From an uncultured Alphaproteobacteria bacterium (GTDB taxonomy: Bacteria > Pseudomonadota > Alphaproteobacteria > Caulobacterales > Caulobacteraceae), in NCBI GenBank assembly GCA_903909375.1, contig CAIVVM010000049.1, forward strand, positions 16,568-80,567: 64,000 nt of DNA. Reading direction: 5' to 3'. Numbering within the stretch: position 1 is the stretch's first letter; every line of letters begins with the position of its first letter. The position numbers and the translations under genes are program-made. This document shows positions 9,858 to 21,431 of the stretch, one piece after another. Under the pieces are notes generated by a model. It did no database searches, was not told the origin of the DNA, and was given only the letters and a program-made list of their open reading frames with translations.

Positions 9858-11344
9858 CAGAACCGCGGCAGATCCGGGAACGCCAGCTTCCCGCGGTGAA
9901 CATGGACGCGTCCCAGTTCGGCGCAGCGATGCAGCACCGGAAACACCTTGCCGGGATTGAGCAGGAGGCCAGGATCAAAGGCGCACTTGACCCGTTGCTG
10001 GCATGCCAGATCGGTCTCGTCGAACATCTCGCTCATCAGGTCGCGCTTCTCCACGCCGACGCCGTGTTCGCCAGTCAGGACGCCGCCCACCGACACGCAG
10101 AGCTTCAGGATGTCGGCGCCGAACGCCTCGGCTTTTTCCAGATCACCCGGGATGTCGACATCGTAGAGGATCAGCGGATGCAGGTTGCCGTCGCCGGCAT
10201 GGAAGACATTGGCCACGCCCAGCCCGTAATGGCCGCTCAGCTCGGTGATCCTGGCCAGCACCTGGGGAAGCTTGCCCCTGGGGATCGTGCCGTCCATGCA
10301 GAAATAGTCCGGCGCGATCCGCCCCACCGCCGGGAAGGCGGCCTTGCGGCCCGCCCAGAAGGCCTGACGCTCGGCTTCGGACTTTGACACGCGCTCGAAA
10401 GTGACATTCCGCACCGCCGCCAGAGCCCGGATGTGGCCGGTCAGTTCATCGCACTCGGCCTGCGGCCCATCCAGTTCCACGATCAGCAGGGCCGCGCAGT
10501 CCACCGGATAGCCGACGCCCACGAAGGCCTCCGCCGCCCGGATCGCCGGGTTGTCCATCATCTCCAGGCCCGCCGGAATGACGCCCGCGGCGATGATGTC
10601 GCCCACCAGCCCGCCCGCATCTTCCACCGAGGCGAACCCAAGCAACATGGCCTTGGCAGTCTCGGGCTTCGGCAGGATCCGCACCGTCACCTCGGTGACG
10701 ATCCCCAGAAGACCCTCTGATCCGGTCACCAGTCCCAGCAGATCATAGCCGTCCGCGTCCATCGCCTTGCCGCCCAGGCGCACGATCTCGCCGCTCATCA
10801 ACACAAGTTCGCAGCCCAGCAGGTTATTGGTGGTCAGGCCGTACTTCAGGCAGTGCACGCCGCCCGAGTTCTCGGCCACGTTGCCGCCGATGGTGCAGGC
10901 GATCTGACTGGAGGGATCGGGGGCATAGTAGAACCCCTCGGCCTCCACGGCCCCGGTGATCGCCAGATTGGTCACGCCCGGCTGCACCACAGCGCAGCGA
11001 TTGGGATAGTCCACCTCCAGCACCCGGTTGAATTTTGACAGGCCCACGACGACGCCGTCGGCCAGCGGCAGGGCGCCGCCGGACAGTGAGGTCCCGGCCC
11101 CGCGCGGCACGACCTTGACGCCATTGGCCTGACACCAGCGCAGCACCTCGGCGACCTGCGCTGTGGTTTCGGGGAGGACCACGGCGATCGGCGCCTGCCG
11201 ATAGGCCGACAGTCCGTCGCTTTCGAAGGGGACAAGTTCGCTAGCGGCGCTGACCACGTGCTCGCCGGGCACGATCTGCTGCAAGGCGCGCACGATCTCG
11301 GCCTTTCGGGCGATCAGGGCGGCATCCGGCACGGGCATCTTCAT
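9857..11344 (-). CDS. glcD: Glycolate oxidase subunit GlcD (FAD-linked oxidase)
   Basis: PRGAGTSLSGGA, APDPSSQIACTIGGN, HAGDGNLHP and GEHGVGVEK. Confidence 0.95.
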   Translation of the reverse strand: MKMPVPDAALIARKAEIVRALQQIVPGEHVVSAASELVPFESDGLSAYRQAPIAVVLPETTAQVAEVLRWCQANGVKVVPRGAGTSLSGGALPLADGVVVGLSKFNRVLEVDYPNRCAVVQPGVTNLAITGAVEAEGFYYAPDPSSQIACTIGGNVAENSGGVHCLKYGLTTNNLLGCELVLMSGEIVRLGGKAMDADGYDLLGLVTGSEGLLGIVTEVTVRILPKPETAKAMLLGFASVEDAGGLVGDIIAAGVIPAGLEMMDNPAIRAAEAFVGVGYPVDCAALLIVELDGPQAECDELTGHIRALAAVRNVTFERVSKSEAERQAFWAGRKAAFPAVGRIAPDYFCMDGTIPRGKLPQVLARITELSGHYGLGVANVFHAGDGNLHPLILYDVDIPGDLEKAEAFGADILKLCVSVGGVLTGEHGVGVEKRDLMSEMFDETDLACQQRVKCAFDPGLLLNPGKVFPVLHRCAELGRVHVHRGKLAFPDLPRF

Positions 11345-11405
11345 GCGACGGACGGTAAGCGGATGTGCGCTTCGAGGCTACTGCCCTTGCTCGTCCAGCC
11401 GGGTT

Positions 11406-12251
11406 TCACCCGTCGTAGAACAGCGCCGGGTGCAGGCCGATTACCTTACGCTCGCGGGACGTGGCCGCGCGCGTGATGGCTTCTGGAGAGAGCTGATTCG
11501 CCTCATCTGTCGGGACCAGTCGCTGGGCGATATCGCGACGGCCATAGTGGACCTGCAGGAAGAACCGCCCCTGGTCGCCGTCCCGGGTTGGCATCCGGCG
11601 GTGCCAGACGTCGGACACAAACAGGCCCGCATCTCCGGCCCGGGTCAGCAAGGGAACCACGCGCTGGCCCTCATAGTCGAGGTCATCATCCATGTTGCGC
11701 GCATGAGGCGGCGCCCGGCCTGAGAGATGGCTGCCCGGCAGCACGCCGGTCGGGCCGTCTTCCAGCGCGCAGTCCTGCAGATAGAGATGCACCCCGATGG
11801 CGAACACAGGATGCGGAATCTCGGCTGGCCACCTCACGCCATCGGGCAACGGCACATGGGGACCCGCGTCGATATGCCAGCTTTGCCCGCCGTGCGAACC
11901 GGGATGGCCGGCTGGGTTGCGCCAGGCGGTGTTGGCGATCACATGGCAGTCCTCGCCCAGCAGCGGCTCGATCACTGACAGCAGGCGCGGATTCGCGCAC
12001 ACGCGCTGGGCGGCGGCGCTTCGGTTCAGCATCGCGTAACGGAACATAGCCGCATCTTCCGGCGGTCGGTCACCGCGCCGGTCGGACGGATCGCGGTCAT
12101 AGATCTCGCTGATCTCGGTCCGCAGCTCTGCAATCTCCGCCGGTGAGAGCAGGCCACGGATGATGGCGTAACCGTCCCGCTCCAGCTGGACGGACTCTTC
12201 CGGCGCCGGCTCGGTGCGGACTTCAAGATAAGGGCGGCCGCGTCGGATCAT
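11406..12251 (-). CDS. Fe(II)/2-oxoglutarate dioxygenase, phytanoyl-CoA dioxygenase (PhyH) family
   Basis: LERDGYAII, the WHID (HxD) motif, GPTGVLPGSH and the distal WHR. Confidence 0.85.
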   Translation of the reverse strand: MIRRGRPYLEVRTEPAPEESVQLERDGYAIIRGLLSPAEIAELRTEISEIYDRDPSDRRGDRPPEDAAMFRYAMLNRSAAAQRVCANPRLLSVIEPLLGEDCHVIANTAWRNPAGHPGSHGGQSWHIDAGPHVPLPDGVRWPAEIPHPVFAIGVHLYLQDCALEDGPTGVLPGSHLSGRAPPHARNMDDDLDYEGQRVVPLLTRAGDAGLFVSDVWHRRMPTRDGDQGRFFLQVHYGRRDIAQRLVPTDEANQLSPEAITRAATSRERKVIGLHPALFYDG

Positions 12252-12315
12252 GCTGATGCTCCATGTGGGCCCAGCCTATCCACTGCCCGGGCGGCGCGCC
12301 ACCAGGAAGGATCGC

Positions 12316-13098
12316 CTAAGCGCCCTTGAACGCCGGTGTCCGCTTTTCGTTGAAACTGGCCACGCCTTCGCGGCGGTCGGCGGTGGTAAAGAGGTGGTTG
12401 TAGAGGCTTAGCTCCAGGTCCATCGCCGTCTTCAGGTCCAGGTCCTGACCGCCATGGACCACCCGCTTCAGCGCCCGCACGGAAAGGGGCGCCCGGCTGG
12501 CGATCTGGGCGGCGACGGCCAACACGGTGTCGAGCAGGGCGTCGACCGGAACCACGCCGTTGACGATGCCGTAGTCCAGCGCCTTGTCAGCCGGGATCGG
12601 GGCGGCGGTTGTCATGATCTCGACGGCCCGGCGGGGTCCCACGGCGCGGGTCAGGAGCTGGGTGCCGCCCAGGCCCGGCATGATGCCGAGCCCGGCTTCC
12701 GGCAAACCGAACCGCGCGCCCTCGGCGGCATAGGCGAAGTCGCAGGCGAGCGTCATCTCGCAGCCGCCGCCCATGGCCGCACCCTGCACGGCCGCAATCA
12801 CGGGGACAGGCACGGCCAGCTGCGCGCGGGCCATGTCCTCGAAGATCTTGTGCTGGGCCGCCCAGGCCTCATCGGTCATGCCGTTACGTTCCTTGAGGTC
12901 CGCGCCGGCCTGGAAGTTCTTGCCCTCGCCGCGCAGGATCACGCAGCGCAGATCGACGCGCGCACCCAGTGTGGTCCAGGCGTCCAGCAGTTCGCGGCCC
13001 ATGGTCGACGACAGGGCGTTGGCCACCTCCGGCCGGTTGAACACCACAGCCACGATGCCGGGGCCCAGGTCTTCCAGTTTGATCGTCTCGTAGGCCAT
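12316..13098 (-). CDS. Enoyl-CoA hydratase/isomerase family protein
   Basis: NRPEVANAL, FQAGADLKE, GGGCE and PEAGLGIMPG. The real start is MAYETIKL at 13098, coupled to the upstream stop (TGATG). Confidence 0.9.
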   Translation of the reverse strand: MAYETIKLEDLGPGIVAVVFNRPEVANALSSTMGRELLDAWTTLGARVDLRCVILRGEGKNFQAGADLKERNGMTDEAWAAQHKIFEDMARAQLAVPVPVIAAVQGAAMGGGCEMTLACDFAYAAEGARFGLPEAGLGIMPGLGGTQLLTRAVGPRRAVEIMTTAAPIPADKALDYGIVNGVVPVDALLDTVLAVAAQIASRAPLSVRALKRVVHGGQDLDLKTAMDLELSLYNHLFTTADRREGVASFNEKRTPAFKGA

Positions 13099-14246
13099 CA
13101 AAAGCTCTTCGGCTGGCCCAGCACGTGGGTGGCCACGTGGCTGAGGATGAGGTTCGTGGAGATGGGAGCCACCTGGTAGAGGCGGGTCTCCCGGAACTTG
13201 CGCTCGATGTCGTATTCCTCGGCGAAGCCGAAGCCGCCGTGGGTCTGGATCGCCATGTCGGCGGCAAACCAGCTGGCCTCCGAGGCGACCAGTTTGGCCA
13301 TGTTGGCCTCGGTGCCGCAGGGCTGACCGGCCTCGAACAGTTCCGCCGCCTTCTCCACCATCAGATTGGCCGAGGTCATCTGCACGTAGGCGCGCGCGAG
13401 AGGGAACTGGACGCCCTGATTCTCGCCGATGGGCCGACCGAACACGACCCGGTCTTTCGCGTACTGGCTGGCGCGGTCGATGAAGAACTTCGCATCGCCG
13501 ATACACTCCGCCGCGATCAGGATCCGCTCGGCGTTCATGCCGTCGAGGATGTACTTGAAGCCCTTGCCCTCCTCGCCGATCAGGTTCTCGGCGGGAACCT
13601 CCAGGTCCTCGAAGAGCAGCTCGGTCGTGGCGTGGTTCAGCATGGTGCGGACCGGCGTGATGGTCAGGCCGTTCCCCACCGCCGTGCGCATGTCGACCAG
13701 CAGCACGCTCATCCCGGCCGAGGTCTTCGCCTCGTCGCGCGGCGACGTGCGGCAGAGCAGCACCATCAGATCAGAGTGCTCGGCCCGGCTGATCCACAGC
13801 TTGCGGCCGTTCAAGACGTACTTGTCGCCGACCTTCCTCGCAAAGGTGGTGATGCGGGTGGTGTCGGTGCCGGCGTCCGGCTCGGTCACCCCGAAGGCCT
13901 GCAGGCGCAGTTCGCCGCTGGCGATCCTCGGCAGATAGGCCTCTTTCTGGGCTGACGTGCCGTGCCGGAGCAGCGTGCCCATGGTGTACATCTGGGCGTG
14001 ACAGGCGCCGCCGTTGCAGCCCGACCGGTGGATTTCCTCCAGCACCGCCGACCCCGCCGCCAGACCCAGGCCCGAGCCGCCATACTCTTCCGGAATCAGC
14101 ACCGACAGGAAGCCGGCCTCGGTCAGGGCCTGGACGAAGGCCGTCGGATAGGCGCGATCGCGGTCAAGCGCCCGCCAGTACGCGCCGGGGAAGCGGGCGC
14201 ACAGCTTGCGCACCGCCTCGCGAATTTCAGGGAAGGTTTCGGTCAT
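13098..14246 (-). CDS. Acyl-CoA dehydrogenase (not the isovaleryl-CoA dehydrogenase type)
   Basis: [36 protein letters not shown] and [20 protein letters not shown]. Start chosen at MTETF (alternative 14267). Confidence 0.9.
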   Translation of the reverse strand: MTETFPEIREAVRKLCARFPGAYWRALDRDRAYPTAFVQALTEAGFLSVLIPEEYGGSGLGLAAGSAVLEEIHRSGCNGGACHAQMYTMGTLLRHGTSAQKEAYLPRIASGELRLQAFGVTEPDAGTDTTRITTFARKVGDKYVLNGRKLWISRAEHSDLMVLLCRTSPRDEAKTSAGMSVLLVDMRTAVGNGLTITPVRTMLNHATTELLFEDLEVPAENLIGEEGKGFKYILDGMNAERILIAAECIGDAKFFIDRASQYAKDRVVFGRPIGENQGVQFPLARAYVQMTSANLMVEKAAELFEAGQPCGTEANMAKLVASEASWFAADMAIQTHGGFGFAEEYDIERKFRETRLYQVAPISTNLILSHVATHVLGQPKSF

Positions 14247-14332
14247 CGTGGTGTCTCTGTCATGCACGGCACTGGAGATCGACTGCCAAAAGTGATCATC
14301 TCCAGAAAACAGGAAACGCCGGGGAACCCAAG

Positions 14333-15988
14333 GTGAGTCAACTCAGCTATGTGCATGGCGCGAGTTCGCAGCCGCTGATCGGAAAGACCATCGGCGTGGT
14401 GTTCGACGAGACGTGCGCCGCCCATCCCGATCAGCTTGCGGTGATCTCCCGCCATCAGAAGATCCGCTGGACCTATGCTGAACTGCAGCGCCGCGTCGAC
14501 GCCTTCGCCGGCGGCCTGATTGCGCTGGGCCTGGAACCGGGTGACCGGATCGGAATCTGGGCGCCGAACTGCGCCGAATGGGTCGTCACCCAGTTCGCCA
14601 CCGCCAAGGCGGGCCTGATCCTCGTGAACATCAACCCGGCCTATCGTCTGTCAGAGGCCGAGTACGCCTTGAACAAGGTCGGCTGCAAAGCCCTGGTCAT
14701 CGCCGTTCGCCACAAGACCAGCGAGTATCTGTCGATGGTGCGAGAGCTGCGCGAGGCGGGCCGCCTGCCGCATCTCGAAGTCGTCATCACAATCGGCGAC
14801 GATCCGCACCGCGGCTGCCAGAGCTTTCCGCACGTGTCGAACACCGCCCGCCTGGCTGACCGGTCGCGGCTGACCGAGATCGGCGCGACCCTGCAGTTCG
14901 ACGACCCCATCAATATCCAGTTCACCAGTGGCACCACCGGCTTTCCCAAGGGCGCGACGCTCAGCCACCACAACATCCTGAACAACGGCTTCTTCGTCGG
15001 CGAGGCGCTACGCCTGAAGGCCGGATCCCGACTCTGCATTCCGGTGCCGCTCTATCACTGCTTCGGCATGGTGATGGGCAATCTGGGCTGCATCACCCGC
15101 GGCGCCACCATGGTGCTTCCTTCGGAAGGATTCGAACCCCTCGCTGTGCTGGAGGCTGTGTCAGAGGAACGCTGCGAGGCCCTTTACGGGGTGCCCACCA
15201 TGTTCATCGCCGTGCTGGCGCATCCGGCCTTCGACAGTTTCGACCTGACCTGTCTGCGCACCGGGATCATGGCCGGCTCACCCTGTCCGGTGGAGGTGAT
15301 GCGTCAGGTGATCGACCGGATGCACATGCCGGAAGTGACCATCGCCTATGGCATGACCGAGACCAGCCCGATCAGCTTCCAGTCCAGCTGCGACGATAGC
15401 CTGGAAGCCCGGGTCTCCACCGTCGGTCGAATCCAGCCCCACGTCGAGGTCAAGATCGTCGACGAGACCGGACGGATCGTCCCCCGCGGCGCGCCCGGCG
15501 AACTCTGCACCCGGGGCTACTCCGTGATGCTGGGCTACTGGGATGATGCCGAGCGGACGGACGAGGCCCTGGACCGGTCCGGCTGGATGCATACCGGCGA
15601 CCTCGCCACCCTCGATGCCGACGGCTACTGCAACATCGTCGGCCGCATCAAGGACATGGTCATTCGCGGCGGCGAGAACGTCTATCCGCGCGAGATCGAG
15701 GAGTATCTCTATGGCCATCCTGCGGTGCAGGACGTGCAGGTGATCGGCGTACCCGATCTCAGGTTCGGCGAGGAGCTCTGCGCCTGGATCGTGCTGAAGC
15801 CCGGCGAAGCGGTCACCGACGAGGATGTCCGCGACTTCTGCCGCGGCCAGATCGCGCACTACAAGATCCCCCGCTACATCCGCTTCGTGGAAGGTTTCCC
15901 CACGACCGTCACCGGCAAGGTGCGCAAGGTCGAGATGCGCGAGACCATGATCGCCGAGCTTGACCTGAAACTGGAAAAGACGGCCTAG
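14333..15988 (+). CDS. Acyl-CoA synthetase (AMP-binding enzyme)
   Basis: [27 protein letters not shown] and [13 protein letters not shown]. Confidence 0.92.
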   Translation: MSQLSYVHGASSQPLIGKTIGVVFDETCAAHPDQLAVISRHQKIRWTYAELQRRVDAFAGGLIALGLEPGDRIGIWAPNCAEWVVTQFATAKAGLILVNINPAYRLSEAEYALNKVGCKALVIAVRHKTSEYLSMVRELREAGRLPHLEVVITIGDDPHRGCQSFPHVSNTARLADRSRLTEIGATLQFDDPINIQFTSGTTGFPKGATLSHHNILNNGFFVGEALRLKAGSRLCIPVPLYHCFGMVMGNLGCITRGATMVLPSEGFEPLAVLEAVSEERCEALYGVPTMFIAVLAHPAFDSFDLTCLRTGIMAGSPCPVEVMRQVIDRMHMPEVTIAYGMTETSPISFQSSCDDSLEARVSTVGRIQPHVEVKIVDETGRIVPRGAPGELCTRGYSVMLGYWDDAERTDEALDRSGWMHTGDLATLDADGYCNIVGRIKDMVIRGGENVYPREIEEYLYGHPAVQDVQVIGVPDLRFGEELCAWIVLKPGEAVTDEDVRDFCRGQIAHYKIPRYIRFVEGFPTTVTGKVRKVEMRETMIAELDLKLEKTA

Positions 15989-15995
15989 GCCAACC

Positions 15996-17588
<1,593 letters not shown>

Positions 17589-17591
17589 CGG

Positions 17592-18329
17592 ATGGATAAC
17601 GCAGCGCGCTGGATTTCAATTGGCTCAATATCTCTCGTTACACTTTCGTTGTTGTATGTTGCTGGATATTTTCAGCCGATTGGAAGTATTTGGCTTCAGC
17701 AACTTTCAATTCAAGATGTTTTCTCACTATCCTGGACTATATTGCCGAGTTTGTATTTGACGATTTTATTGTGTATTCTTGCCAATTTCTTAATCCAAAA
17801 AACAACAAACAGGGCTTATTCGAAAGATTTAAGGCTAGTCGGATATTTTGCAATACTGATTGTTTCCGCATCAATTGTAACATATATATACTGCATAATT
17901 AGACAAACCGAAGACGAAACCAATTTATCAAAAGTTTATGCATTTGTAGGATCTTCCATAGTCGTATCTTCCGTACTATATTATGGATCAATATACAGAA
18001 TCAAAAAAGACCTGATGTTTTCGTGCATTGTATTGACTGTGGGTTTTTCATTTTCTGCGATACCAATCGGTGCATCGCAGTCTTCTAAGTTGATTGAAGG
18101 AAAATTGGGCGATCTAATCTACCATCGAGACGGTAGAAAGATTTGTACACATGTTGTCTACAGTGGAAGCAAGGGCATTCTCGCGGTGGATGGACCGAAT
18201 AGGCCTCGCGTGTGGATTCGCGACTCGGAGTATCGCTCCATAGCTCGACGCTTCCCCTGCAGGCAGGTGCCGGGAGAAGCAGCAAGTCGGAAGACATCGG
18301 TGCCAAACTCAACCTCGGTCACCAAATGA
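17592..18329 (+). CDS. Orphan AT-rich multi-pass membrane protein (about 4 predicted TM segments)
   Basis: 245-codon open frame filling the mccB-mccA gap exactly; hydrophobic segments; GC 18/60 at 17761-17820 versus 41/60 at 17401-17460. Confidence 0.75.
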   Translation: MDNAARWISIGSISLVTLSLLYVAGYFQPIGSIWLQQLSIQDVFSLSWTILPSLYLTILLCILANFLIQKTTNRAYSKDLRLVGYFAILIVSASIVTYIYCIIRQTEDETNLSKVYAFVGSSIVVSSVLYYGSIYRIKKDLMFSCIVLTVGFSFSAIPIGASQSSKLIEGKLGDLIYHRDGRKICTHVVYSGSKGILAVDGPNRPRVWIRDSEYRSIARRFPCRQVPGEAASRKTSVPNSTSVTK

Positions 18330-20209
18330 TCCGCTCCGTCCTGGTCGCCAACCGTGGAGAGATCGCCCGCCGCATCTTCGCCACCGCGCGCCGGATGGGG
18401 ATCGAGACGGTCGCGGTCCACTCCGAGGCCGACACCCACGCCGCGCACGTCCGAGACGCCGACCAGGCGATCCTGATCGGGCCCGCCGCCGCGCGGGAAA
18501 GCTACCTGGTCCCCGAGAAGATCATCGCCGCAGCGAAGCAGACCGGCGCCGAGGCGATTCATCCGGGGTACGGCTTCCTGTCCGAAAACGCCGACTTCGC
18601 CGAGGCTGTGACGGCGGCTGGCCTGATATGGATCGGGCCGCCGCCGTCGGCGATCCGCGCCATGGGCCTGAAGGACGCCGCCAAGAGCCTGATGGCCAAG
18701 GCCGGTGTGCCCGTGACGCCCGGCTATCTGGGCGAGGACCAATCGCCGGAGACCCTGGCCCGCGAGGCCGCCCGCATCGGCTATCCGGTGCTGATCAAGG
18801 CCGTGGCCGGCGGCGGCGGCAAGGGTATGCGGCTGGTTGAGAGCGCTGACGCCTTCGCCGAGGCGCTCGCCTCCTGCAAGCGCGAGGCCGCCGCCAGCTT
18901 CGGCGATGATCGCGTGCTGCTTGAAACCTATGTGAGCCGTCCGCGCCACATTGAGGTGCAGGTGTTCGGCGACAGCCACGGCAACGTCGTCCACCTGTTC
19001 GAGCGCGACTGTTCGCTGCAGCGCCGCCACCAGAAGGTGATCGAGGAGGCGCCGGCGCCCGGCATGGACGCCACCACCCGCGCAGCTGTCACCGCCGCCG
19101 CGGTCAAGGCGGCCAAGGCGGTGAACTATGTCGGCGCCGGCACCATCGAGTTCATCGCCGACGCGAGCGCTGGCCTGCGCCCCGACCGCATCTGGTTCAT
19201 GGAGATGAATACCCGCCTGCAGGTGGAGCATCCCGTTACCGAGATGGTCACCGGTCTCGACCTCGTGGAGTGGCAGTTCCGCGTGGCGGCCGGCGAAAAG
19301 CTGCCCTTGAAGCAGGACCAGATCCTGATGACCGGCCATGCCGTCGAGGCGCGCCTCTATGCCGAGAACCCCGCCTCGGGCTTCCTGCCGTCGATCGGTC
19401 GGCTGGACGCCTTCAGCCTGCCGCAGGGCATCCGGGTCGACGCCGGGGTCGAGGCGGGCGATGTCATCAGTCCCTTCTACGATCCGATGATCGCCAAGCT
19501 GATCGTGCATGGTGAAACCCGTGAAGAGGCCATCGCTGATCTTGCCGAGGCCTGCGCCGAGGTGGACATCTGGCCGGTGAAGACCAATGCCGGCTTCCTC
19601 GTTCGCTGCCTGGAGAACCCTGACTTTATCGCCGGCGCCGTCGACACCGGCCTGATCGCCCGAAACCTGGACACCCTGGCCGCAACGCCCGAGCCCAGCC
19701 CGGAAGTCCTGGCGACGGCCGGCTGGGCCTTCCGCGAGGTGGTCGAGCGCGCCGCCGCCGGCCAGCCGGCCACGCCCTGGGTGGAACTGCTGGGCTTCCG
19801 CCTCAACGCCCCGCCGCTGGAGACGGCCCGCGTCTTTCTGGGCGCAACGGCCGTCCATGTCCCCATGCCGCTGGAACCCAGTCGCATTGTCCATGCGCCA
19901 GGCGACGACGAGGTGGTGGTCTTCGAGGCCGGTGAGGCCTTCGTCTTCCGCGATAACCCGGCCATAAGGGCAGGTGGCGTCGCGGCTGGCGACGGCTCTA
20001 TCCGGGCGCCCATGCCGGGCAGGATCACCCAGTTGTCGGTCAAGGCGGGGGACAGGGTGACATCAGGTCAGCCTCTGTTGACGCTCGAAGCCATGAAGAT
20101 GGAGCACGCCCTGGCCGCGCCATTCGACGGCGAGGTAAGTGAGGTCGCCGCCGAACTTGGCGGACAGGTCACCGAGGGATCGGTGCTGGTGAAGCTGACG
20201 GCGGACTAG
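18326..20209 (+). CDS. mccA: 3-methylcrotonyl-CoA carboxylase alpha subunit (biotin carboxylase plus biotinyl domain)
   Basis: MIRSVLVANRGEIA start at 18326, RDCSLQRRHQK, EMNTRLQVEH and biotin motif EAMKM. Confidence 0.92.
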   Translation: MIRSVLVANRGEIARRIFATARRMGIETVAVHSEADTHAAHVRDADQAILIGPAAARESYLVPEKIIAAAKQTGAEAIHPGYGFLSENADFAEAVTAAGLIWIGPPPSAIRAMGLKDAAKSLMAKAGVPVTPGYLGEDQSPETLAREAARIGYPVLIKAVAGGGGKGMRLVESADAFAEALASCKREAAASFGDDRVLLETYVSRPRHIEVQVFGDSHGNVVHLFERDCSLQRRHQKVIEEAPAPGMDATTRAAVTAAAVKAAKAVNYVGAGTIEFIADASAGLRPDRIWFMEMNTRLQVEHPVTEMVTGLDLVEWQFRVAAGEKLPLKQDQILMTGHAVEARLYAENPASGFLPSIGRLDAFSLPQGIRVDAGVEAGDVISPFYDPMIAKLIVHGETREEAIADLAEACAEVDIWPVKTNAGFLVRCLENPDFIAGAVDTGLIARNLDTLAATPEPSPEVLATAGWAFREVVERAAAGQPATPWVELLGFRLNAPPLETARVFLGATAVHVPMPLEPSRIVHAPGDDEVVVFEAGEAFVFRDNPAIRAGGVAAGDGSIRAPMPGRITQLSVKAGDRVTSGQPLLTLEAMKMEHALAAPFDGEVSEVAAELGGQVTEGSVLVKLTAD

Positions 20210-20211
20210 GG

Positions 20212-21429
20212 TCAGCTGGCCCCTGCCACCACGCCCGCGTCGTGCAGCTTGCCGATCTCGCCGCTGCTCATGCCCAGCACCTCGGCCAGCACCTCGTCGG
20301 TGTGTTGACCCAGTTTCGGCGCCGGTAGCACCGGTCCACGTTCGTCCTGCGGGATCGTGCCCATGGCGCCGGGGGCGGGGTAGGTGAGGCCGCTGGGGTG
20401 TTTCACGGCCTCGAACACCGGGTTGTTCTTATAGAGGCGGGTGTCCTCCAGCGCCGCCTCCAGCGTCTGGTAGCTGCCCCACGTGACCCCGCCAGCGTCG
20501 AAGGCCGGTGTCAGGGCGGCGGCGTCCTTCGCGGCGAAGGCCCGCTCGAACAGCGGATAGAGCCGCGCGCGGTGGGTGAAGCGCAGGCCTTCGTCGGTGG
20601 CGAAGGAGACGCCCAGCGCCCCTTCCACGGCAGAGACCTCGGCGCCGATACCCAGCGCTTCCAGGGCCTTGCTCCACTGCTTGGGCGTGATCGCCAGCAG
20701 CATCAGCTTCTGCCCGTCGCGGGTGGTGAAGTCGCGGCCGAAGGCGCCGAACACGTCATTGCCCATACGGGGGCGCTGGTGGCCGGTCAGCATCGCCTCG
20801 GCGGTGAAGCCCATGTTGGCCATGGACGCTGCGCCGATGTCCGACAAGGGGGCCCGGATCTCGCGACCGCCCGCGCCGCGATGGCGCGCCAGAAGCGCAG
20901 ATACCAGACCAAAGGCGCAATAGGCGCCGGTGAGCAGGTCCCATGCCGCCAACACGTGGTTGACCGGCCGGTCGTCGTCGGCCGGTCCCGTCATCAAAGG
21001 CAGACCCAGCGCCGAATTGATCGTGTAGTCCATGCCCTGCGAGCCGTCGGCCCAGCCCATGACCCGCACGCAGATCAGATCAGTGCGAAGGGCGCTGAGC
21101 TTCTCGTAAGACAGGAACCCGTCGACCGGGAAGTTGGTCACAAACAGGCCCGCGTCGTCGCCCGGCGAGGCCGCCAGCCGCTGGGCGATCTCCCGCCCGG
21201 CAGGGCCCGAGAGGTCCAGGGCCACCGACTTCTTGCCCTTGTTCAGGCCCTCCCAGTAGAGGCTGGCGCCATTGTCAGCCAACGGCCAGCGCCGGTAATC
21301 CGGACCGCCGCCGATGTTGTCGAACCGGATCACCTCGGCGCCCATCTGGGCCAGGTAGAGACCGCAGGTGGGCGCGGCGACAAAGGCCGATCCCTCAACG
21401 ACGCGCAGGCCTTTCAGAAGATCGTACAT
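20212..21429 (-). CDS. mct: Class III CoA transferase, 2-methylfumaryl-CoA isomerase (mesaconyl-CoA C1-C4 transferase)-like
   Basis: LRVVEGSAFVAAP, IRFDNIGGGPDYRRWP, LYWEGLNKGKKS, GLFVTNFP and AWDLLTG match the Mct subfamily as I recall it. Confidence 0.75.
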   Translation of the reverse strand: MYDLLKGLRVVEGSAFVAAPTCGLYLAQMGAEVIRFDNIGGGPDYRRWPLADNGASLYWEGLNKGKKSVALDLSGPAGREIAQRLAASPGDDAGLFVTNFPVDGFLSYEKLSALRTDLICVRVMGWADGSQGMDYTINSALGLPLMTGPADDDRPVNHVLAAWDLLTGAYCAFGLVSALLARHRGAGGREIRAPLSDIGAASMANMGFTAEAMLTGHQRPRMGNDVFGAFGRDFTTRDGQKLMLLAITPKQWSKALEALGIGAEVSAVEGALGVSFATDEGLRFTHRARLYPLFERAFAAKDAAALTPAFDAGGVTWGSYQTLEAALEDTRLYKNNPVFEAVKHPSGLTYPAPGAMGTIPQDERGPVLPAPKLGQHTDEVLAEVLGMSSGEIGKLHDAGVVAGAS

Positions 21430-21431
21430 GG

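Noticed and set aside
13099-13506. N-terminal extension of the enoyl-CoA hydratase ORF
   Set aside because: It is an alternative frame within the acyl-CoA dehydrogenase; the real start is at 13098.
18212-18325. N-terminal extension of MccA in the ORF track
   Set aside because: The biotin carboxylase starts at MIRSVLVANRGE (18326); the extension overlaps the inserted orphan gene.
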